From the NCBI GenBank assembly GCA_963823035.1, contig CAWGKG010000014.1, positions 608,001 to 672,000 of the forward strand: DNA of 64,000 bases. Direction: 5' to 3'. The translations under genes were made by a program, and so were the position numbers. The stretch is from an uncultured Gemmatimonadales bacterium (GTDB lineage: Bacteria; Gemmatimonadota; Gemmatimonadetes; Longimicrobiales; Gaopeijiaceae). Shown here piece after piece: positions 1 through 10,002 of this stretch (the first letter of the stretch is position 1; each line of letters starts with the position of its first letter). Under the pieces are notes generated by a model that saw nothing but the letters and a program-made list of their open reading frames with translations, did not search any database and was not told the origin of the DNA.

Positions 1-27
1 ACGCCCCCTGCATCTAACGAATCCCCG

Positions 28-44
28 CTGGCACGACTCTTGAA
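28..44 (+). promoter_or_regulatory. possible sigma54 -24/-12 promoter
   Basis: CTGGCACGACTCTTGAA versus consensus YTGGCACGNNNNTTGCW (C->A at -12); about 55 nt upstream of the ORF at 99. Confidence 0.35.
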
Positions 45-98
45 CGAATGAGGGGGTGGAAGCACGACCGGCGGGGTGGACCGAAGGAGGTTGAGACC

Positions 99-377
99 AT
101 GGAACCCAACGGAAGGGACACGGGACACGGCGAGGTTCGCGTGCAGCTCCTGCCCGCCTCGGCCACGAGCGAGCCGGGGGTGGTCTTCGACTTCACGGGC
201 CTGCATCGTCCTGAGCTGTGCGATCTTGCGTGGATCCTCACCGCACGCCTCCAATCCGCGCCGGAACAGCGCGTCTGGGTCAGGGCGCTGCCGGAATCGA
301 CCTGGACGGTGCTGCGGGCTCTCGGCCTGGACCACCTCTTCCATCTGTTGCCCGGTCCCGGCGAGGTGATGAACTGA
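99..377 (+). CDS. small STAS-like hypothetical protein (92 aa)
   Basis: RBS GAAGGAGG 8 nt before the ATG at 99; VVFDFTGL...VLRALGLDHLF resembles the STAS fold pattern. Confidence 0.6.
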   Translation: MEPNGRDTGHGEVRVQLLPASATSEPGVVFDFTGLHRPELCDLAWILTARLQSAPEQRVWVRALPESTWTVLRALGLDHLFHLLPGPGEVMN

Positions 378-478
378 CGAGGCATTCTGCCTCATTCCTC
401 GCAGGGCGCCGCAGTCACCGCGGCGGGTCACCATACGGCCTGGAATGTCCCTCGGGGAGGACGCGGAGACGTGTCACT

Positions 479-1556
479 TCATGCCGGCCTTCGTCCCCTC
501 GTGAGCACCCGGCGTACCCGGCGCCTCGCCGCGGCGAGGGGTCCCTCACCCACCTCGGTGGCCTCGGCGAAGATCTGCTCGAGCGTGTCACCGATCCCGG
601 CGACACGACGCTCCAGCTCCTCCTGTCGGAGCTCGCCCCGGTAGACCAGGCCGAACGCCATCGCGCCACCCGCGTTCACGATGAAATCGGGTGCGTACAG
701 GATGCCGCGGTCGCCCAGTCGCTCGGCGTCCTCCTCCGTCTCCAACTGGTTGTTCGCCGAGCCCGCCACGACATCGCAGCGTAGACGTGGAATCGTCTGC
801 GCGTTCAAGGTCGCGCCCACGCGCGCACGGCGCGTAGACGTCGCAGGGCTCGTCGTAGAGGCCGTCGGCCGACACCACCTTCCCACCCAGCTCCACCGCG
901 AGCGCCATCGCCCGGGCCTCGTCCAGGTCCGCGAGGAGGAGCGTCGCGCCGGCGGCAGCGCACAGGCGGGCGAGCGGCTCGCCGACGTCCCCGACGCCCT
1001 GGATGAGGATGCGACACCCCCTCAGCCCGTCCACGGAGGCGCGATGCCGGAGGGCCGCCTCGATGCCGGCGCGTACGCCCAGGGCGGTGAACGGTCCCGG
1101 ATCGGTCGGGCCGGCCGGTCCGCGCGGCCGACCTACCACGTGCTCGGTGACGGTCGCCAGCTCGCGCATGTCCTCCGGCGTCGTTCCCAGATCCTCGCCC
1201 GTCCCGAACGCGCCCCCCAACCCGTTGAGCAGCGCGCCGAACCGGTGCAGGAGGCCGACGCGCTCCTCCCCCTCGAGCGGGCGCGGAACGGCCAGCACCG
1301 CCTTTCCGCCGCCGAAGGGGAAATCGATCGCCGCCCACTTGTGCGTCATCCCCTCCGCGAGGCGCAGCGCGTCCTTCAGCCCGTCCTCCGGGCGGGGATA
1401 GACCTTCATCCGACAGCCACCCACCGGCGTGCCGAGCGTGTCGTCGTGGAGCGCGACGAACATCCAGCTCCCGGTGGGTGCGTCGTACCTCGACACCACG
1501 CCGAGCCCGTCCCAGCGCTGGACGAGGTCGAGCAGCCCTTCGTGTCTGTTCTCCAT
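479..1556 (-). CDS. Glu/Leu/Phe/Val dehydrogenase (frameshift near 825)
   Basis: GGCRM, GGGKAV, GEDLGT and QGVGDVG in one frame; GATLN..AGSANNQL..YAPDFIVNAGG continues in the 479-886 frame. Confidence 0.9.
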
Positions 1557-1644
1557 GGTGCCGGACCTGGCGAGCGTGCGTCGACGGCCTCCCTCGCGGA
1601 GCCGTCGGGGCGACAAGTCTAGCGAACCGCCGCGCGGCGCGCGC

Positions 1645-2850
1645 TCATCCGCCCTCGTCCATGCGCCGCACCAGCTCCATCAGCACGTCACGCGTCGCGT
1701 GCGCGCGCACCACGAGCCAGCCCCCCGCGCGCGGGAGGACGAGCTCCGTGCGGGTGTCGGGCGCCACCGGCTCGAGCATGGAGGGCGTCATGCCCGCCGG
1801 CAGGTGCACCAGCTCCAGCGTGTCGCCTCCGGCCAGCCGCTGGCGCACGCGCACGCCCCCCGGGAGTCCCTCCCCATCCAGCCCGGCCACGGAGAGCACC
1901 TCGAGTCCAGGTACCACCAGCGAGCCCGTGGTGCCGGACGCGGCCTCACGGAAGAGCGTCGCATTCCTCCGGTCCGCCAGGGGAAGGGCGGCGCTTCGTA
2001 CCCTCCCGAGATCCTGCCCGGCGCCGGAGACCGGCAGGGGTGCGGGGCGCTGGGTCGGCGCGGCGCGCTGGCCGCGTCGGCCTGCCGGCGTGTGGCCGCG
2101 GCCGCCACCGCCTCCTTCGCCTCGACCGCCGTGCGCGGGAACGTGAGCGTGTCGAAGCGGGAGGCGGTGATCGCCGGCGCCTCGATCGCCTCGTCGTGCA
2201 GCCACGACGGCTCCGGCAGGATGCGCTCGCTCGGCAGATCGACGGGCATCGGACGCTCCTCCGTCGGCGGGTTCGCCTTCGACGCGACCGCGTCGAGCGC
2301 CCGCATGGAATCGACGCGCCGGGGGGCTGCGGACCCCTGCGCGGCGCGACTGCCGGCGTCCGCGGATCTGGCCGGTCGGCGTCGGCGTCGGGACGTCGCG
2401 GTCCCCTTCCGCCTTCTGGCGCTCCGCCTCGCCGGCGTCGGCGACGTCCGCCGTGGCCTCCTCCGCCTGCCGGGCCTCATCGCGCACGAACCCCTCGCGC
2501 GCGAAGTCCGGCATCGCCGCGTCGCGCAGCATCCATCCGGCCCCGAGGGCCAGCACGACCGAGGCGGCCCAGCCGAGCCGTGAGAGCCGGCTCGCCGTCC
2601 GGGCGGGCCTTCCGCGCGCACGCGCCAGCGCACGCACCTCCTCGAAGGCCGGGGGATCGATCGAGGCGGGCGCCGCGGCGCCCAGGATGTCCACCGCTTC
2701 CTGCCGGACCTGGCGCTCCTCCTCGAGCCGCGCGGCACATGCCCCGCACGTCGCGAGATGCTCGCGCACCCGCGCAGCCTCAGCCGCGGGCAGGGCGTCC
2801 AGCGCCCCGTCCAGATAGGCGTGCAGCGTCCCCTCATCCACGTGCGACAT
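1645..2850 (-). CDS. zf-HC2 zinc-binding transmembrane anti-sigma factor
   Basis: MSHVDEGTLHAYLDG...HLATCGAC (HxxxCxxC), TM segment WAASVVLALGAGW, overlaps the ECF sigma gene; the middle (~2040-2370) reads better in an alternative frame, suggesting compensating indels. Confidence 0.8.
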   Translation of the reverse strand: MSHVDEGTLHAYLDGALDALPAAEAARVREHLATCGACAARLEEERQVRQEAVDILGAAAPASIDPPAFEEVRALARARGRPARTASRLSRLGWAASVVLALGAGWMLRDAAMPDFAREGFVRDEARQAEEATADVADAGEAERQKAEGDRDVPTPTPTGQIRGRRQSRRAGVRSPPARRFHAGARRGRVEGEPADGGASDARRSAERAHPAGAVVAARRGDRGAGDHRLPLRHAHVPAHGGRGEGGGGGRGHTPAGRRGQRAAPTQRPAPLPVSGAGQDLGRVRSAALPLADRRNATLFREAASGTTGSLVVPGLEVLSVAGLDGEGLPGGVRVRQRLAGGDTLELVHLPAGMTPSMLEPVAPDTRTELVLPRAGGWLVVRAHATRDVLMELVRRMDEGG

Positions 2851-3343
2851 CGTTCCCCTCACTCGCTTTGTACGCTTCCGCCAGGCGGCGACGGGCACGC
2901 GCCAGCGTGGTGCCCACCCCCCCCACCGCCAACCCGGTCTGCCGCGCGATCTCCGGATAGCTCATGCCGGCGTCCCACAGGAGCAGCGCTTCCCGGTCCC
3001 GCTCGCTCAGCGCATCGAGCGCCGCCCGGACGTGCCGTGACCGCTCCTGCTCCACCATCCCTTCCGTCGGATCGGGCGCCACGTCCTGCCGCTCCAGGGC
3101 TTCGCTCTTCAGCAGCGCCAGGTGACGCTTCCGTCTCAGGACGGTGCGTGCCTCGTCCCGCGCCAGATTCGACGCGACCTGGAAGAGCCAAGCGCGCGGG
3201 CGACGCGGCTCGTGCTGCAGCGCCCGCACGAACGCCTCCTGGGCGAGGTCCCGCGCCCGGTCCGGATCCCACACCTTGCGGTGGAGGAACCGGACCAGGT
3301 CGGGGAACACGCTCCGGTACAGCTCGTTCCAGTCGAGGCTCAC
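2834..3343 (-). CDS. ECF sigma-70 factor
   Basis: Region 2 DLAQEAFVRA..AWLFQVASNLARD; region 4 LSERDREALLL..GMSYPEIA..GTTLARARRRL; GTG start overlaps the upstream stop. Confidence 0.92.
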   Translation of the reverse strand: MSLDWNELYRSVFPDLVRFLHRKVWDPDRARDLAQEAFVRALQHEPRRPRAWLFQVASNLARDEARTVLRRKRHLALLKSEALERQDVAPDPTEGMVEQERSRHVRAALDALSERDREALLLWDAGMSYPEIARQTGLAVGGVGTTLARARRRLAEAYKASEGNDVARG

Positions 3344-5601
3344 GGCGCTCCCCGCGCTCCGCGGAACCGAGCCACCACCCCGGCCAGCGCCGCGTCGTTC
3401 AGCTCGCTCACTCCGTCGTCACCAACCTGCAGGCTCACCTTCGCGCCGGCCACGATCACCGACGCGGTGCGCGCCAGGACGGGACGCAACTCGGGCAGAG
3501 CCTTCAGGAGTCGGAAGTACGCCGCGCTGTACGCCTTCACGTTGAAGACGGCCGCGTCGGCGACGTGGGCCAGGTCGATCCATACCCCCTCCTCGAGGCG
3601 GAAGATGCGGCCGCCCTCGGCCATCGTCGCGTCTCCCCGGTCCGACACCATCGCCGCTGTCAGCTCGTCCTCCGCGGCAGCGAGCGCCCCCACGGACTTC
3701 GCCTCCCGGAGCTGTCCGGCCTCCTTGGCGCGGCGAACCGCCTGCGCGCCGGAGGAAGCGGCCGGAGCAGACGGGAGGAAGAGGCTCGACGCATCCGTGC
3801 GTCCGGGCACGACGCCCACCGGCATCGGTCGGTCGGCCACCACGTCCTGCTCCTGCACCAGATACGACGTGTACGCGCTCGGCAGTCCGTAGCGCAGGGC
3901 CAGCTCCCGGATCTCCGCGACCAGGTCCGGCGTCTCCCCCTCCGTCCAGATCTGGCGCGTCAGATGACCCAGCTTGCGCGACGCCCACAACCTCGGGATG
4001 TACGCGTTGGCCGCAGACGTGCGGGGGAAGTCGGCGTTCGCGACGAACGTCTCGGAGCGGCCGGACCTCGTCCCGCGGATGCGCAGGCTCCCCTCCCCCT
4101 GGCCCGCGTAGCGCCCGAAGAGCACGAGCTCCTCGCCGGCGAAGACGTCCGGGAGGCGCACAGGGTAGATCTCCTCGAGGCGCACGGGCGCGCCGGCGAT
4201 CTCCAGGTCGGTCAGCACGGGATGACGGATCTTGGTGGCCAGGAGCCCGAGCGCGCGCTCCACGTTCTCGCCCGGCTCCACGTACTGGGTGCTCCCACGG
4301 CCGGCCTCTCCCAGACGGTCGAGGAGGTGCGTGTTCACGTCGTGCCCCACCCCGAAGGCGAACACACGCGCGCGCCCGGCATGCTGCTCCGCCCGGTCCG
4401 CCAGCCGCTCCGGCGCCTTCTCGCCGACCGAGGGGAGCCCGTCCGTGAGGAAGATCACCACGGGGAGCCGTCCCGCCGGGCTCGACATCCGGAACGCCTC
4501 GTCCAGCGCAGCGCCGATGTTCGTTCCGCCGTCCGCCACCAGGGCGTCCACCCACCGTCGCGCCTCCGCCACCCGTGCGCCGGTGGCGGACGACCAGTCG
4601 GTGTCGAGCATGCGCACGGCGTTCGAGAAGGCGACGAGGCGGAAGCGATCATCCCGCGAGAGCGTGCCCAGCAGGCCGTGGAGCGCCGCCTTGGCCTGCC
4701 CGATCTTCTCGCCGGACATCGAGCCCGACACGTCGAGGACCACCGTGACGTCCCGCGGCTCCGCCCGCGCGGCGTTGCTGCCGGGCGTCAGCGTGAGCAT
4801 GAAGTAGCCGTCTTCGCCGGGCGGGCGATGGGTCGCTACCGAAAGCCCCACGGCCTCCCCCGCCAGCGGCAGGAAGATCGACAGACGGCCGTACAGCTCG
4901 TCCCGAACGCGCACGCTCAGCCTGGCCCCGTCCCGATGGACCTCCAGCTCGTGCGTCGGCGAGAAGGGATCGAGGTAGGCCGCCCCGTCGTCGGCCACCA
5001 CCTCGAAGGTCGTCCGCACGGGCTCATGGGGCTCGGGGCGGACGACGTCGCCGCCCCGCGTCGCGACCGGGTGATCGAGTCCTCCCTTCACGGCACCGGC
5101 GTAGACGAACTGGAGGGCCTCCCCGGCGCGGGCCAGCACCTGCGTGAAGCGCAGCGTCACCCGTCGCTCCTCACCTGGCTCGATCGGGAAGACCTTCGCG
5201 CGCAGCAGCCCCTCTCCGGCCAGCTCGATGAGGGCGGGATCGGCGCGTCGGCGCACGATATCCTCGTAGATCGCCCGCGCCTCGTCCGCGTCCATGATCT
5301 CGCCGCGCAGCTCCGCATCGCCCTGGAAGAGCGAGAAGCCCTGGAAGACCGCCTCGCCCGGAAGCGGATAGAGGTAGTGTCCCTCGGCGACGCGTCGGCC
5401 GTCGTTGCGGAACCACTCCGACACCTCCACCTGGGCCACGCGCCCGTCCAGGCGCACGTGCACCTCGCTCCGCACCTTGTCCACCGTGAAGCCGCTGCGG
5501 TCCACGCCGCCCGGCGGCTCGATCCAGCCCTGCGCGGAGCCCACCGCGGGCAGACCCGCCCACAGTATCCACGCCCACACGACGATACGCGCACGTCCCA
5601 T
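3340..5601 (-). CDS. secreted VIT + von Willebrand factor A domain protein
   Basis: Signal peptide, VIT-like EGHYLYPLPGEAVF, MIDAS DVSGSMS, GGTNI, FLTDG, FAFGVG; RBS GGAGGA. Confidence 0.88.
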   Translation of the reverse strand: MGRARIVVWAWILWAGLPAVGSAQGWIEPPGGVDRSGFTVDKVRSEVHVRLDGRVAQVEVSEWFRNDGRRVAEGHYLYPLPGEAVFQGFSLFQGDAELRGEIMDADEARAIYEDIVRRRADPALIELAGEGLLRAKVFPIEPGEERRVTLRFTQVLARAGEALQFVYAGAVKGGLDHPVATRGGDVVRPEPHEPVRTTFEVVADDGAAYLDPFSPTHELEVHRDGARLSVRVRDELYGRLSIFLPLAGEAVGLSVATHRPPGEDGYFMLTLTPGSNAARAEPRDVTVVLDVSGSMSGEKIGQAKAALHGLLGTLSRDDRFRLVAFSNAVRMLDTDWSSATGARVAEARRWVDALVADGGTNIGAALDEAFRMSSPAGRLPVVIFLTDGLPSVGEKAPERLADRAEQHAGRARVFAFGVGHDVNTHLLDRLGEAGRGSTQYVEPGENVERALGLLATKIRHPVLTDLEIAGAPVRLEEIYPVRLPDVFAGEELVLFGRYAGQGEGSLRIRGTRSGRSETFVANADFPRTSAANAYIPRLWASRKLGHLTRQIWTEGETPDLVAEIRELALRYGLPSAYTSYLVQEQDVVADRPMPVGVVPGRTDASSLFLPSAPAASSGAQAVRRAKEAGQLREAKSVGALAAAEDELTAAMVSDRGDATMAEGGRIFRLEEGVWIDLAHVADAAVFNVKAYSAAYFRLLKALPELRPVLARTASVIVAGAKVSLQVGDDGVSELNDAALAGVVARFRGARGAP

Positions 5602-5665
5602 GATTCCTCCCGGCCATGGCCGCCCGATTCCCGGCGCGGCCGTCTTCGCTGTCACCCGGGATGAC

Positions 5666-5713
5666 GTGCAAGCCCCCTCCCCTTGCACACCCCCTCCCCT
5701 CGGCCCCTTGCAC
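5666..5713. promoter_or_regulatory. three copies of heptamer CTTGCAC/GTGCAAG in a divergent intergenic region
   Basis: GTGCAAG 5666-5672, CTTGCAC 5682-5688 (inverted pair), CTTGCAC 5707-5713 (direct copy). Confidence 0.4.
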
Positions 5714-5773
5714 AGCGGCGTCGGCTTTGACTGATTTTCGGGTCCTGTGCCAGCACCCCACCTGGAGGCTCCC

Positions 5774-6911
5774 CTGAACATCGTCGTGCTTGGAGGCGGC
5801 CGTGTCGGCGGCGCCATCGTGCGTGACCTGACCGCCGTCGATGACTTCACCGTGACCGTGGCCGACGTCGATCCGGTCGCGGTGGACCGTCTTCTGGAAG
5901 ACGGCGCCAACGGCATGTGCCTCGACCTCTCGGACCCGGCCAACGTCGCCCGCGCCATCGAGGACGCGGACCTGGTCGTAGGTGCCGTCCCCGGCTTCAT
6001 GGGCTACCGCACCGTCGAAAAGGTGCTCGAAGCCGGCAAGCCGGTGGTCGACATCTCCTTCTTCCCGGAGAACGCCTTCGGCCTCGAGAAGGCTGCGCAG
6101 GAGGCGGGCGTGCCCTGCCTGGTCGACTGCGGCGTCGCGCCCGGCCTCAGCAACCTCGTGCTGGGTCGGCTCGAGGCGGCCCTCGACGAGCACGCACTCC
6201 TTCCGGTGCCTCGTCGGCGGCCTCCCGGTCGAGCGCCGGTGGCCGTGGGAGTACAAGGCCCCCTTCTCACCCGCGGACGTCCTCGAGGAGTACACGCGCC
6301 CCGCGCGCTTCCGCGTCCACGGCCGCGAGGTGGTCGTGCCCGCCCTCTCCGAGGTGGAGCTGGTGCACTTCCCCGGCCTGGGCACCCTCGAGGCGTTCGC
6401 CACCGACGGGCTGCGCTCGCTGCTGACGACGGCCGAGACGCCCGACATGGTGGAGAAGACGCTCCGCTACCCCGGGCACGCGGAGATCATGCGCCTCCTG
6501 CGGGAGACCGGCTTCTTCTCGAAGGAGCCCGTGCAGGCGGCGTCGGGCCAGGTGCGCCCGTTCGACGTCACCTCCGCGCTGCTCTTCGACCAGTGGCAGT
6601 TCGAAGAGGGGGAGCCCGACCTGACGATCATGCGGATTGAGGTCGAGGGGACGAAGGGCGGCAAGCGCGTCCGCCACGTCTACAACCTGCTCGACTACTA
6701 CGACCCGGACAGCGAGACCTCCTCGATGGCGCGCACCACCGGCTACAGCTGCACGGCCATGGTGAACGAGGTGGCATCGGGTCGGTGGACGGAGCCCGGC
6801 GTGGCCCCGCCCGAGATCGTCGGCCGGCGCGAGGAGTGCTTCGAGGGCGTGCTCCGGCACCTCGACGAACGGGGGATCAACATCTTCCACCACATGGAAG
6901 AGCTGGACTGA
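5774..6911 (+). CDS. saccharopine/lysine 6-dehydrogenase family protein (frameshift near 6195)
   Basis: Rossmann IVVLGGGRVG, VVDISF, DCGVAPGLSN; then VGGLP, LEEYTRPAR, TDGLRSL, EKTLRYPGH, SMARTTGY in the next frame; probable CTG start after GGAGG. Confidence 0.88.
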
Positions 6912-6955
6912 GGGGCCGCGGGGGCGCGTCGCTCGACCGACGTGCCCCCGCGGGC

Positions 6956-8554
6956 CTACCGCTTCACCGCCGGCACGCGGAGCACGGGGAGCGCACCGGC
7001 TTCGATCTGTCGGTCGAGGAGCCCCCACGCCACGAAGCCGTCGTCCGAGCGTGGCTCGAGGAGCGTGAAGGCCAGGCGGCCGAGGGGCTGGTCGAGCGAC
7101 ACGAAGGCGGCTCCCTCGGGGAGCGTGACCGTGGCGGGCTCCCAACGTCCCCATACGGTGCGCTCCCGGTGGCCCTGGAACTCCCGCTCGGCGACGGTCG
7201 TGGAGTCGATGACGAACCGCTCGGCACGTACCTCGCGGGGCGAGGCGTACCGCACCACCGCCACGCCGTGCGCCTCGGCACGGGCGATCGCGTCCTCCGC
7301 CTCCGGGAGGATGTAGTACGCCTCGGGCGCCACCGCGGTCTCGCTGGGGCTGAACGTCCCGTAGTCGGTCATGCGCACCCGGTTCACGACGTTCCGCCGC
7401 AGGAGCATGAGGTCTCCGCTGTACGGATTCCTCACCCGGTCCACCTCGCCCATGAGGATGGTCACCTGCCCCCCCGCGTGCGGCTCCGCTCGCGTGGCCA
7501 GCTCTCGGCCCACCACGCTCTCCCGATCGGCGGCCTCCGTGATCTCGCGGATGCGGGTCGCGTTCTGGTCCGCGAAGTCCAGCACCTCCTCCACGAACCA
7601 GAGGGAGGCGCGCACGCGGTCCTCGAAGGTGAGGTAGGCGTAGGCCTCGCTGAGGAGGGCCATCCTGTTGCGCAGCCCGACGTAGTTGTTGTTGAAGCGC
7701 GGGCGATGGTCGAAGGTGAACCACCCCTGCCCCCCGTCGGGCGTCCGCCCCGCGTTCCCGTAGTAGTAGTACTCCCAACCGTGCTTCTCACGGATGCGGT
7801 CGGTGAGCTGGGGAAGCCACTGCTCGCGGAGGAAGCGGTCGATGGCGCGGGGGGTGTTCGGGTGCAGCGGGGGGGAGTACGTGACGTGGTAGGCGTGGTA
7901 CGTGCCGTTGGTGGTGTGCAGGTCCACGGCCACGTGCGGATCGTACTCGGTGAGGAGGCGCGCGAGGGAGCGGGCCTCGGGCGAGTCGAGCTTCGTGTGG
8001 TCGCGGTTGAGGTCGAGCCCGTCGGCGTTCGGACGTTGCCCCATCCCGCCCACCGGCCCGTTCTGTCGCGGGCGGTTGTCGAGACGGACGCGCTCGTTCC
8101 CGTCCGCGTTGTAGATGGGCGCGATCAGCAGCACCAGCGAGTCCGACCACGCAGGATATACGCCGGAAGCGTAGCGACGCAGGAGCATGAGGAGTGCCTC
8201 CTTCCCGCACACCTCGCCCGCGTGGATATCGCCCTGGATGTAGACGCGCGTCTTGCCGGTGGCGCGCACGGTCGCCGCCGTCGCATCGGCGGCGCCTACC
8301 ACCAGCAGCGGCAGCGCGCGCCCCTCCGTCGTGTATCCGAACGTCGTGAGGTGGATGTCGGGGCTCGCGTCCGCGAGGCGGCGCGCGAGGTCCATCACCT
8401 CGTCGTAGCGCGTGGTCTCGCGGAAGTCGGTGCGCTCGGCGCGCGTGAGGAGGAGGTCGTGCTCCTCGAAGGTCTGGGCTGCGGTCGGGGCCGCGATGGC
8501 CGGCAGAAGGTTGAGGGCGATCGCGGTGGCGGCGAGGGCGGCGGGGCGTGGCAT
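6956..8554 (-). CDS. M14 family zinc carboxypeptidase, secreted
   Basis: Signal peptide; IHAGE (HxxE), NADG, DLNRD, DLH motifs. Confidence 0.88.
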   Translation of the reverse strand: MPRPAALAATAIALNLLPAIAAPTAAQTFEEHDLLLTRAERTDFRETTRYDEVMDLARRLADASPDIHLTTFGYTTEGRALPLLVVGAADATAATVRATGKTRVYIQGDIHAGEVCGKEALLMLLRRYASGVYPAWSDSLVLLIAPIYNADGNERVRLDNRPRQNGPVGGMGQRPNADGLDLNRDHTKLDSPEARSLARLLTEYDPHVAVDLHTTNGTYHAYHVTYSPPLHPNTPRAIDRFLREQWLPQLTDRIREKHGWEYYYYGNAGRTPDGGQGWFTFDHRPRFNNNYVGLRNRMALLSEAYAYLTFEDRVRASLWFVEEVLDFADQNATRIREITEAADRESVVGRELATRAEPHAGGQVTILMGEVDRVRNPYSGDLMLLRRNVVNRVRMTDYGTFSPSETAVAPEAYYILPEAEDAIARAEAHGVAVVRYASPREVRAERFVIDSTTVAEREFQGHRERTVWGRWEPATVTLPEGAAFVSLDQPLGRLAFTLLEPRSDDGFVAWGLLDRQIEAGALPVLRVPAVKR

Positions 8555-8681
8555 CGGTCGTGCTCCGGTGCGGTTGCTGCGGACCTTCGAAGCTACGCAC
8601 ACGCCGACCCGCTAGCCATGACCCGTAGGCCCGTGTAGCTTCCGGCGCCTCTCCCACCCCTTTCGCGCGTGTGCCTGCCTG

Positions 8682-9071
8682 ATGGGCAAGAGTCTACCCA
8701 TTTTCTACGACTGCCAGAACTGTCCTTCCTACTGCTGCTCGTATCCCCGCATCGAGGTCACGAAGAAGGACATCGAACGGCTGGCGAAGCACTTCGGTCT
8801 GGACGTCGCCGCCGCGAAGCGCCGCTTCACGAAGAAGGGCGACGAGCCGGGGGAGATCATCCTCCGCCACCAGAAGGACGAGACGTACGGCACCGCGTGC
8901 CGCTTCCTCGACCTGGAAACGCGGCTGTGCACCGTCCACACGGTGCGCCCGGCGATCTGCCGCGACCATCCGGGCACGCCGCAGTGCGCGTACTACAACT
9001 TCCTGATGGCCGAGCGTCGGTACCAGGACGATCCCGAGTTCGTCGCACGCGCGTACAACCCTCCGGAGTGA
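8682..9071 (+). CDS. YkgJ-family (CxxCxxCC-type) cysteine cluster protein
   Basis: CQNCPSYCC and CRFLD...CTVH..RPAICR. Confidence 0.85.
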   Translation: MGKSLPIFYDCQNCPSYCCSYPRIEVTKKDIERLAKHFGLDVAAAKRRFTKKGDEPGEIILRHQKDETYGTACRFLDLETRLCTVHTVRPAICRDHPGTPQCAYYNFLMAERRYQDDPEFVARAYNPPE

Positions 9072-9072
9072 C

Positions 9073-9108
9073 GAGAGCCCCGCGACGGTAGCTCGTCGCG
9101 GGACTCTT
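9073..9108. terminator. hairpin between convergent genes
   Basis: GAGAGCCCCGCGACG / CGTCGCGGGACTCTT near-perfect inverted repeat just after the stop at 9071. Confidence 0.55.
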
Positions 9109-9152
9109 CGCGCTTCGTCGTGGGCGGGACGAGCCGTCCCGCCGCTCGGCCG

Positions 9153-9884
9153 TCAGGCGACGTCGAAGCCCGCGTCCTCCAGCTGGCGCCGCTTCGCGTC
9201 GTCCTCGCTGACGATCTGGCCGTCGAAGAGGTGGATCGAACGGTCCGCCACGTGGGCGTAGCGAGGATCGTGCGTCACCATGCAGATCGTCGCGCCCTCG
9301 TTGTGCAGCTCCTTCATCAGGTCCATCACCGCGTTGCCGTTCTTCGAGTCCAGGTTACCCGTCGGCTCGTCCGCCAGCAGGATCAGCGGCTTGCCCACGA
9401 TCGCCCGCGCCACCGCCACCCGCTGCTGCTGACCCCCCGACAGCTGGCTCGGATAGTGCCCCATCCGGTGCGCCATCCCCACCCGCTCCAGCGCCGCCTG
9501 CACCCGCTCCTTCCGCTCGCTCCCCGGCATCCCCCGGTACGTCAGCGGCAGCTCCACGTTCTCGTACACCGTCAGGTCGCCGATCAGGTTGAACGCCTGG
9601 AAGATGAACCCGATCGCCTGGTTGCGGATCTTCGCCCGCTGGCTCGCGCTCAGGTTCTCCACCGGCTCGTTGTCGAGGAGGTACTTCCCCGCCGTCGGTG
9701 AATCCAGCAGACCCAGGATCGACAGCAGCGTCGTCTTCCCGCACCCCGACGGACCCGCGATCGAGACGAACTCGCCCGTCCTGATCTCCATCGTGATGTT
9801 CGACAAGGCGTGGGTCTCCACCTCCTCGGTGTAGAAGACCTTGCTCAGGCCCTCCAGCTTGATCAACGCATGATCGGCTGCCAT
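9153..9884 (-). CDS. ABC transporter ATP-binding protein (LolD/MacB type)
   Basis: Walker A GPSGCGKT, LSGGQQQR, ILLADEPTGNLD, VTHD. Confidence 0.95.
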   Translation of the reverse strand: MAADHALIKLEGLSKVFYTEEVETHALSNITMEIRTGEFVSIAGPSGCGKTTLLSILGLLDSPTAGKYLLDNEPVENLSASQRAKIRNQAIGFIFQAFNLIGDLTVYENVELPLTYRGMPGSERKERVQAALERVGMAHRMGHYPSQLSGGQQQRVAVARAIVGKPLILLADEPTGNLDSKNGNAVMDLMKELHNEGATICMVTHDPRYAHVADRSIHLFDGQIVSEDDAKRRQLEDAGFDVA

Positions 9885-9971
9885 CTGCTTCCCTCCCTGT
9901 GGGCATTGGGTCCGGTCGGACGGCGCGGTGTCCTCCCGACCTGGTGGCGGCCCCCCGGGCGCCTCGTAGTC

Positions 9972-10002
9972 TATAGACGAAGTTCAGTGCCGAATAGTTG
10001 CA
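9972..10002 (-). promoter_or_regulatory. ECF-type promoter TGCAAC-N17-CGTCTA
   Basis: Minus strand TGCAAC tattcggcactgaactt CGTCTATA, about 90 nt upstream of the ABC ATPase. Confidence 0.55.

Noticed and set aside
2758..5664. 968-aa plus-strand ORF
   Set aside because: Antisense shadow of the vWA/sigma genes; R/G/P-rich with no motifs, as expected in high-GC DNA
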